Below, piece by piece: positions 11,246 to 20,000 of a stretch of DNA of 20,000 bases; the stretch's first letter is position 1, and each line of letters begins with the position of its first letter. Source of the DNA: Paraglomus brasilianum (taxonomy: Eukaryota); contig CAJVPI010000038.1 in assembly GCA_910592345.1 (NCBI GenBank), forward strand, positions 52,496 to 72,495, given 5' to 3'. The notes beneath the pieces are model-generated. The model saw nothing but the letters and a program-made list of their open reading frames with translations. It searched no databases and was not told where the DNA came from. The position numbers were made by a program, and so were the translations under genes.

Positions 11246-12399
11246 TGCAACAATTGAATAAAAAGTCTTTATGAAAATCCACACGTTTGAAAATATCAAC
11301 TGAGTAGACATGAGCATGTATTCAAGATATCATAAAAAAATGGGCAAACCGAATTCAAAATTTGAAATCACCGGAATCGTGGTTACGATTCGCAAATATC
11401 ATCCAAATATATACGTCTACGTATATTAACGCCTGGATATGATAAGGATGATTGGCAAATTTTTGTATTCCGTATTAAAAACAATCTAACGGAAATGAAT
11501 GTATAGGTTATAACTCTAAATCTCTCAAATTTAGAATAAAAGTGGTATACTTTGTAACTTTGTATTAAAAAAAATCGTGCAGCAACTATTCACGAATATC
11601 CAAAATCTTCAGACGGACAAAACCGCTCTACAAACCACAATCGTTGACAGTAAGAATTTTACGCGCGGAGCGAGTGCTCTTTGGACATGAGCTTTGCGAG
11701 AATTACTATTATTATACTAACAACTGGTAGAAACTGAGTTTTCCTACAAACATCACTCAGCAGTACTACCAAATAATTTATATATCTTGTTCATAATTTT
11801 AGACCGATTCAGAATACATCGCACTCAAATTCGATTGGAATATCATGATATACTAACATATCGATATCTAATAGTCTTATGCTATCATTGTCACGCTTTT
11901 TGAGCAGACGCAAGTTAATTCATAAATATTAGCCATGCCAGCCTCGCCAAGTATTTATTGCAAATTGCAAATAATATACCTTTTTTCTGTTTTATGTTAT
12001 GAAAAGAGGATGGCTAATATTCTACAGAGATTGTATAATAAAGATAAATATAAAATTTCATAATGCGAAAAAACTTTTTGGGATAGCAATCGGCACGTTT
12101 TTTAACGTTTTAGCTGGATCAAACACCTTTTAGATATCGATAAAAAATGGTTCTAAAGGTTATAAATAATGATATTTTATTGCAAAGCGCACACGCACGT
12201 AAGATGAGACTATAATGCAAAAACCCTCATATATGATTCAAGTATTAAGAAATTATGTTTTCAATTTGAAGCTTTTTTGTAAGGATAGTAACAATCCCCG
12301 TACTTGTTACCTGGATAAATAACTCGCTGAACCATATTATTTAGTCGCCAAAAATTTACCCGACTATTCGAATTAAGACCATTATAAGATATCAAAAAA

Positions 12400-13556
12400 A
12401 AAGTTTACGTAATTCTTTTTTGTATGGAGTAGTAGGAATACCAAGGCGGGCTTCTTATGTTTTAAGAAATCACCCTCGTTCATATTTTTACGTTCTTTTT
12501 TCCAGTAATTTGTATTATCCCGAAATTCAAAACAACATCGGCCTTCCATTGTTCTCGCGACAATTGGGATTTTACTGTAAAAGAAGGGAGCCTTTGATAG
12601 ATAATTATTTTTGAATTTGATACAATGTCAGCCGTCGCAACAAAGATTGTCAAAAAATACAATCTTATTCTAGAGATGAGCATATCCGAGCTCAGTCGGT
12701 ATATTTCTGAGTTGCTTAACGAACTTACAGCTCAGATTCAGATGAGAAATTACTAAGATCGATTTTTTTTTCTACGCATTCTGTAACGTCAACTGGATTT
12801 GATATCGCGTTTATAATTTCTTGACAAAGTTCAGGTTTCACTATCTTTAGTAATTGGCGGAGAGAAATCTGAATTTAACATTTGTGATCTAAGACAGAAT
12901 ATGATTCTACCAGTAGAACTATGCGCAAGTGTGTTGTCATTCCGAGATGAGTCAGAGACTCGAGGTTTGCCTCTTCGTGGTTGTTCGACGTGATTTGCTC
13001 TATCAAAGGTACGACCATTGTTCCGAATTTTTTTCTAGGATAGTCAATGTTATTATTTTCGGTTATTGTATAAATTATTATGTATTTATAATGTATGTAG
13101 ACATTTTGATTGAAATTCTTCCAGCACCAATTGTTCGTCGATTAATTTTTGCTGTGGTACCACTCAGATATTTAATGAGCGGAAGTAGCCGAATCATTGA
13201 TTTATATAATAATTTCGCTTCAGTAACACGTCGAAAAATATGTGCTGATGTTTCTGCGTAACAGGTATCACTATAAAAAAATCGCCAAGATACATAAGGC
13301 ACAGTAGTACAGAATTTTCCGACAATTTTGTTATACGAAACACTGAATCTTTCTTGCTTGACAAACGCTAACAAACATTTTCTAGAATGTGTATAAACAC
13401 CTTTTTAGCTTGTTCAGACTGCATGTCTAATAACCACGCTATATGAACTCTACCCTTCGGATTACATCCATGGTGAACCAATATATTACTACAATATCTT
13501 CTGATCTTTCGAAATAATTGTTGATGCAGTGGAAGGTAACGATTGGTTTGTGCCAC
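12400..13556 (-). pseudogene. Degenerate intronless coding relic (repeat family copy A), probably mobile-element-derived
   Basis: A chain of broken minus-strand ORFs (13556-13368, 13374-13078, 12683-12480) ends in EARLGIPTTPYKKELRKLFFDIL*. The 3' part (12400-12475) aligns at roughly 85% by eye with 18824-18897 on the opposite strand. Confidence 0.55.
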
Positions 13557-13869
13557 AAAAAAAATTCAAAAATCTAAAATTAGATTTTATGCGGAGCAGC
13601 CACATCCCATGTGTTACACACGATCGCTAATAAGGCGCAATATATTAGCATCCACAGATATCGACATTCTTCATAATTAAATATCGCTTTGGCTTCATAT
13701 GTGTACCTGTTTACGACTATTATTATCCTCCTGTCAATAATATGATCGTATTTGACCTTATTATAAAACAGTAAGTCCTGTTTTCGATTTGTTCTTCAAG
13801 CCATTGGAAAACCCAAACAGACAATTAATTTTTTTAGTGGTACCACTGCGACTTTGTAGATATAATATA

Positions 13870-14335
13870 TACAGCCAAAATAACAAGAGATGATTTGACA
13901 GCTGAAATTGAGTGGGTCGTAAAGAATATTTTTAGAACAGAATGCATAGGCTGTGCAAGCTGACGACTCAAACGCAAAGGTAAATTGTTTGATAAAAGAA
14001 ACATGCAAATCCTTTCGCTTATTCGAGGCTCGAAACGATGACGATTAACAATTTCTTGCTTTTGCAGAACCTCAAGCTTCGGATATTCATAAGTTTCCGC
14101 TTGTTTACGATTTTGTAAAGTACAAAGTCTGGTCTATAGTTGTTCATCAACAACAGATTGAGGGAATGTTCAATAAATATGATATAAAAACTGACCCTAA
14201 CCAGAAAACATTTTACAAGAGGCTCGAATGCAGCTTAACTGTTCCATAAATAAAATACAAGTTATGCTGAAGGAAATTCGTAGAGAAATTAGAGAAGAGA
14301 ACGTGATAAACAAGAAATTTTTGGTGAGAAAGTCG
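13870..14335 (+). pseudogene. Degenerate coding fragment, possibly a DNA-transposase C-terminus
   Basis: A mostly single-frame translation with stops and frameshifts reads LIKETCKSFRLFEARNDDD*QFLAFAEPQASDIHKFPLVYDFVKYKVWSIVVHQQQIEGMFNKYDIKTDPNQKT-LQEARMQLN. The FP.L...-EGMFN spacing loosely recalls the hAT C-terminal dimerisation motif (FP.L...ERxFS). The family assignment is inference only. Confidence 0.4.
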
Positions 14336-14453
14336 CAAAGTCTATGTTAGAAACTTATGTTATCTTCAAAAAGTAACACTCCAAACAACAGTAACTTTGA
14401 TATCTGATAAAATAATATAAATTTAATGCTAATTGTAGTTATTATTATACATA

Positions 14454-14905
14454 CATTGCCCTACAATAAATCACCGGATTTCACGAAACTTACTAGTAAA
14501 ACATATGAAAAGTCTTTCTTTTCTGGAAAGTCCTGTTATTAGCGCTAGCACAGCAATCGCTAGCTTGGAAATAGTACAAGTGTAATTACCAATCGAGTAA
14601 AAGTTTGGATGTACCCAGCTGCTGATCTTCACTAAACTTTATTATCAAAGTCACAAATACATAAACAATATAGCGATTTTGTATACGTTACTTTTACATA
14701 TACAATCATATATTTCGCTACGGCTTCATAGCGGTAAATGTATAAAATTTATTGTTATTTTTTCGAAAAGTGCAATCAATTAACTCAAAAAACTGTTGTC
14801 ATTTGCATAGCATACATGGGCAGGAGATATTTTTGAAAAGAAAGACTTTTCATATGTTTTACTAGTAAAGTTTTGTGAAATCCGGTGATTTATTGTAGGG
14901 CAGTG
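14454..14905. mobile_element. Non-autonomous Tc1/mariner-like element (MITE), 452 bp, ~70-bp TIRs, TA target duplication
   Basis: 14454-14523 (CATTGCCCTACAATAAATCACCGGATTTCACGAAACTTACTAGTAAAACATATGAAAAGTCTTTCTTTTC) is the reverse complement of 14835-14905, with 2 substitutions and 1 indel. TA flanks the element at 14452-14453 and 14906-14907. There is no internal transposase ORF. Confidence 0.9.
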
Positions 14906-15534
14906 TATTAATTGTTTCTCTAATAAATCATATTTTCGAAATACACTATATCGTGTGACTGTTAATTCCACTAAAGAGGAGGTGACCGGCGTTTCTCAAA
15001 TTCCGTATTAAGCATTTAATTACCGATCATCTGCCTGATAACAAAATAGATACGCGCATCAAATTGAAACTACGTAAACTCGATCTTCTGAACAACAAAA
15101 AAATGGACATTATTATTAGTTTATGTATATAAAACTTCTTTGTAGGAAGAGTTTTTCGATTATTTTATAACCAAGGAAAAAAAAGGCTCCTTCTGGTAAA
15201 CAAGCGTGAAAGAACCTATCGTCTAAGTTTTAAGGCCATAACTTCTTGAAAAACCTTGGCGTTTTGAAGTTTATTATTTACGTCATTTCTATTGTTAAAT
15301 GATCGGCAATGATCGACTTCCCTATGTTAGGATATCGTACCTTCAAATGATGGTTCTGTGCTTGCGAAACAGTTGCAACAACCAATTATATCCCGACCAT
15401 CATTAATGCGATTTATTTAGAGAAACCGGACTAACTATAAATGTTGGCAGTTAAAAAATTATGGGGAAACATATCCCCATAAGACGGTGATTTTTATTGA
15501 ACACATGGAAATTCTTCTTTACACTTTATAATTA

Positions 15535-15792
15535 CCGTATTTCCTTGGCTAAAGTAACACCCCGAGCACAGCAATTTTGAGGCCTGATTTTGTAAAAGAT
15601 CCGGGTACTGTTTTCGAAAAATCAACATTATCAAATAAATATCCAGGTATTATAAACAGATAATCCCATTGTAATAGCAAATTATCCATATAATAGTGTA
15701 CCCTCCCATCAAAGTACCCCCCTGCTGAAGTACCCGGGGGTATTATACAAAAATAGTAAAATACCCGGGTTACTTTAGTCAAGGAAATACAG
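15535..15792. mobile_element. Non-autonomous pogo/Tc2-like MITE, 258 bp, 24-bp TIRs, TA target duplication
   Basis: CCGTATTTCCTTGGCTAAAGTAAC (15535-15558) matches the reverse complement of 15769-15792 (CTGTATTTCCTTGACTAAAGTAAC) at 22/24 positions. TA flanks it at 15533-15534 and 15793-15794. TACCCGGG-like motifs recur internally. Confidence 0.85.
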
Positions 15793-16271
15793 TAGTCTCT
15801 GAATAAAAATTACGCCTGACCATTTGTTTCACTATGAAACATTCATTCGCATCGATTGAAACACCGGCCTAGATAGAACTCTTTGTAATAACCACAAGGT
15901 GACAATATGTTTCAATCTTTGAATATGTCGTCTTGTTAAAAAAATAAAATTCAATATAATAACATTGACAAAACACGGGGAAATGCAGTATAATGAACCA
16001 GTATAATGAACTAGCATAACGAACCATTACCAAAGAGCGATCCAAGATACACACGCCACAAATTTCTAGCTATTCCAAGTTTGGTCAAGCACGGCCCGAC
16101 ATTAATTTTTGGCCGTAAACCCGAAAAAGCACATGCCATTTTCCCTGCAAACCTTGTTCATTGACAAATCCTATAAAAAGAACGCGTTGGATTTTTTCGA
16201 AAGATGCCAATTTTTATAAGAAAAAAACTCGAGTAATCACAGCACTTCAACTTTTCAACTAATCTGACACA

Positions 16272-17156
16272 ATGCCTCTAGTATTGAAAAACTTTTGTGG
16301 TCTCAGTCTAAAGACTACAATGATTTTGTTAACAATTTCATGGGTGGTAAGTTATCCTATCGAGTCTGACATTACGTAAATACCTTCCGAACCTCGCAAC
16401 CAATAAACTTTTTCATGTTGACAGGGAACCGCGATTTACTCGATTGTTGGAGGAGCCTTGTCCTATCTTAACCGTGACCAACTCGTTTCTAGAAATCCAG
16501 ATTGTAAGCATTCCTGTCTTGTTCCTTTCATTGCCTTTTGTCCTATTGATGCAAACGTCATCTTTTATCAGTGCTCCTTGCCAAAGAAAACCTGGACCTT
16601 ATTGGCTGTTTTATGAACTCGGGGATTTTGTTGGTCACATTTTACGGAACTTATATTCTCATATGTTCGGTAAGTTAACCAAAGAGTTCAATTGATCATA
16701 TCATTATTCATGCATACCTTGTAACTCACATTCATATCATTACAGAATAACTTTAGATCTCTCAGGAAGTACACATACGGCGGCATCCTTATTTTTCTTC
16801 TCGCTTTCTTATGGGCGACCTTCAACGTTATCGTATATGTATGGTTCAAGGATGATTATCCATATTTATGCAAGAGCAAGGATGTTATTAACAACGAAAC
16901 GGGCCGATGCAAATCGAGCATACAAGTCCCAATTACACTTTTTACGTGTGTCAATGGAATTTTGTCGGCGGTAAGTGATCAATTAAAGAAAAAGAGAAAA
17001 AGTTTTACAATTTTTAAGCTTTATTTATTTATTTTTTAGGCTTTCTATGTTGTATTGATAAATTCGTACGCGCAACAGTTGCGGCAAAAAGAAGACGCCA
17101 TGAGAAAGGAAACACAAAGCATGGATTACCCCTCCCATGCCATTGACTTGTCGTAA
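16272..17156 (+). CDS. Uncharacterised four-transmembrane membrane protein, 5 exons, 197 aa. Exons: 16272-16346, 16425-16503, 16572-16669, 16746-16970, 17040-17156
   Basis: Four short introns (68-78 nt), each with a GTAAG donor and YAG acceptor, join into an uninterrupted 594-nt frame. The protein is MPLVLKNFCGLSLKTTMILLTISWVGTAIYSIVGGALSYLNRDQLVSRNPDLLLAKENLDLIGCFMNSGILLVTFYGTYILICSNNFRSLRKYTYGGILIFLLAFLWATFNVIVYVWFKDDYPYLCKSKDVINNETGRCKSSIQVPITLFTCVNGILSAAFYVVLINSYAQQLRQKEDAMRKETQSMDYPSHAIDLS. It has four hydrophobic segments and a polar C-terminal tail. Confidence 0.88.
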
Positions 17157-17756
17157 TTTTTGTTTCAAATAAATATATGATATGCCCATATCCCACAGTT
17201 TTTTCTTAAAGATTATGTAATTATTTATTAATTGTGGATGTTAAAGATCCGGTCCCAGGACGGATCGATTGAGATGATCCCAAAACTAGTTCATAAACAA
17301 AGCCGGCTGTATATATAGTATAGTAACATGCCCCATTGCTTTCGAATCCATCAATCATTTTATTATGCACAAAAAAACATGAATAAAACTGATTTCTCAG
17401 AATATAAGTGAGAAGTATGAGGCTAAAATAGGCATTCCCACTACTCCTTACAAAAAAAACTGCTCTTTGGCCCTCATCGAATATGCATAATCGTTATTCC
17501 CGATCTGGATAAAGCAGATTATTCATAAGTCTTTAATCTATCTAAGTAGATATCCTGGGTGAGGAGATATTGCTACATTTAACCAGTCACAGTGCAGTTT
17601 TGGGCGTCGTGGAGGCATTCGAAAGTTTTAAGTGACATTTGGCTTAAATTTTGGCTCGCTCCACTTCTCAAGATTTTCTTGCCTTAATTACTAAATACTT
17701 AAAAAGGTAGATATCCTGCGCCATAAGAATAGCCGGGAAATGTGTGCTAAAATTAC

Positions 17757-18900
17757 ATGATAGCGCTGCTTTATTCTATCAGGCCGATCAGAATGGATGA
17801 TAATATTCGATATTCATTCATTATCTTTACGTATAATCTTGCTAACCAACTCTTGGCTCGTTGTTTAATTGTCCAAGTCGTTTACATTTTGTGTATATAT
17901 CCGGGTAAAGGTATTTTTGTCGCCTCTTACAATAATGGGAGAAAAAAATCCAAATCATATAAATTATTTCGAGACATAACTAGAAAAATATGGCAAAAAA
18001 GAGATACGAAATGCATTAGTTCAGACTTGTATGCTGATCACAAGTTATGGTTGAAGATGACTCACGTGAGAAAGCCTCTTGTGACCAAAAGTTATTGCTT
18101 TATAGGAGATTTTACGAGGCATAGGCTTTTTTTCGGGTATCCATGCATCTTGTAAAGACTTTATGTTACCAATTTATAAAAAAGATGAGCATCATCACTA
18201 TGCATTATTTGGCAAAAGATGGAGACTGCATGATTATCAGGAATTTACCTGCCAGGTCGCACAACCCGACACGTCGTACAGTCCATAATATTTCTATTTA
18301 TGGAGGAGAAGCCATCTGAGTGTCCAATGAAAGGATGATATTTGAGCTTGCACGACCTGGCAGGTTGTGCGACATGGCAGGTAAATTCCCGACTATGACT
18401 GCATGCTAACTATAATCTGAAATACTTTACAGAATTTCTGGAAACCTCACTAAAAGAATTTAAAGTATCACTTGACCGCGAAAAAGACTGTAGTAAACAA
18501 CCTACACACTTGAGACTTGAAACAAATAAACATCTAAAAAAGGTTTTTCCCAATGCTTGTTCAAGTAATAATATAACCAAAAATGCATCTTAGTTATATC
18601 GTCTCCTGAATTTTAAGAATAGTAGTTGAAATCAAATAACAATCCTACAACTGAGGAAAAGATGTCTGAGCTCTCGTTTTCTCTATTTTCAGAATTTCTC
18701 ATTAAAATCAATATGATATAGATACCCTTATCAATCTTTTACAGCAAAAATTCACATGCTTCAAATGGAGTTAGAACAGTGGAGAGCCAAGATTGCCTTT
18801 GAAGAACACGAGAGTGTGGATGGGGGTGATTCTTAAAATATAAGAAGCCCGCCTCGGTATTCCTATTATTCCATTCAAAAAGAGTTAAACAAACTTTCTT
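17757..18900 (+). pseudogene. Degenerate coding relic (repeat family copy B), interrupted by the 18233-18396 MITE
   Basis: A 132-aa ORF (17757-18155) is followed by stop- and frameshift-ridden coding-like sequence: SFTAKIHMLQMELEQWRAKIAFEE...EARLGIPIIP. The 3' end is homologous to 12400-12585. Homology of the 5' part to copy A is not established. Confidence 0.5.
18233..18396. mobile_element. 164-bp MITE-like foldback element with ~50-bp imperfect TIRs and a 9-bp target-site duplication (GACTGCATG)
   Basis: The left end GGAATTTACCTGCCAGGTCGCACAACC pairs with the right end GGTTGTGCGACATGGCAGGTAAATTCC. The direct repeat GACTGCATG sits at 18224-18232 and 18397-18405, exactly flanking the inverted repeats. 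Confidence 0.85.
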
Positions 18901-20000
18901 TAGCATTTATTAAATATGTGTAATTGTTGTTTTTAGTATTAGCTTTACTAGCTCTGCTAACCCGAAGAAAATATATAGACTAGCTAAGTAGGTAATTTCT
19001 AATTGCTATATTCAACTAGTCACTTCCCTCAGGTAAATAGTATATCAGAATCACAAAGTCTCCCGGTATCATTTTTCTCTGCAGATTGACACCTTTCAGA
19101 AACATTGCTAGGAAGCCCTAATCATAACCTTGAGTCCGAACGTGGTATACGGCGTCGAATTGAACAACAGGCCTGGTGAGAGGCAATTCAAAGGGGCCTC
19201 ACCCATTCCACTTATCTCTTTTATTCTCGCTTCAAATACAACTACCACTACGTATCTGCCAGCTTTTTTTAAATTTGAGTTGGTGTCATCAGTGATGATT
19301 CGTCCAAATTCGGTATAAATATCTGTTTAGAAATAAATCCTACATTACTCAATTTTCGTCTTATAAATCTGCATACTACCGCATTAAAATGCAAATAAAA
19401 TAGAACTTGCATTAATCACATGTAAAATACTACATGTTCGGCAATAAAGGATAATAACTTGATTTACTGCTATACTGTTTCTAATTTTCATAACTGTCTT
19501 TTCCGAAAGAATAAATAATAAGCTTTCTATTTTCGACCAGAAATCTAACACCAGTAACAGGTCTGTTCTGACCCACTTCAGAATTGTTGTATGTGATGAT
19601 CAATCAACATACTCGATTACATCACTTCATAATATATCAATGTAATAGTGAACACTCAAACAAGCGAATTTATTTATGAATAGCAAATATGAAAACATAA
19701 TAGTAATAATAAAAAGAAATTTAATGTTTAACGCAGTCGGCATATGCTGAATGCACATTGTTTATTCAATCTATGACAAAAAGAAAAATACATATCCTCT
19801 ATTGCGTCTTGCTCACTCTGCAGGATCAAAACTAAGGAAATGTTTATCCCTCTTTAGTTGCACATTCTCACACTCTACTCCCTACCATTTTACGTATACT
19901 CATATTCGCATAATGCACTAATCAACGTCTAATATTCCTGAAATATGATAATTACGATATTGCGTTAACGCGTGCAAATGCTACATGCATTAACAAATGG

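Noticed and set aside
13568..13587. AAAATCTAA/TTAGATTTT palindrome (and a similar 9-bp stem at 15459-15482)
   Set aside because: Short stems like these are expected by chance in AT-rich DNA, and there is no supporting context.
16444..16695. 83-aa ORF from the track
   Set aside because: It is a wrong-frame read-through of exons 2-3 and introns of the spliced four-TM gene.

Overview
This is AT-rich, intron-containing eukaryotic DNA, most consistent with an early-diverging fungus (Mucoromycota/Glomeromycotina-like; inferred from protein sequence, short GT-AG introns and repeat content). I reconstructed two intact spliced genes by hand, neither properly shown in the ORF track. One is a 10-exon cytoplasmic dynein intermediate chain gene (minus strand, 7856->4591, 647 aa). 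The other is a 5-exon, 197-aa, four-transmembrane protein of unknown family (plus strand, 16272-17156). The left ~4.5 kb is non-coding and microsatellite-rich. From ~8.5 kb onward the window is mostly decayed mobile DNA. It holds a pogo/Tigger (CENP-B-type HTH) transposase relic, three MITE-like elements with clear TIRs and TSDs, a hairpin-rich repeat resembling a Helentron/DINE end, two inverted copies of a degenerate coding repeat, and several pseudogene-like fragments. I found no convincing evidence of a new multi-gene biological system. The best leads are the orphan tetraspan membrane gene and the unclassified elements.
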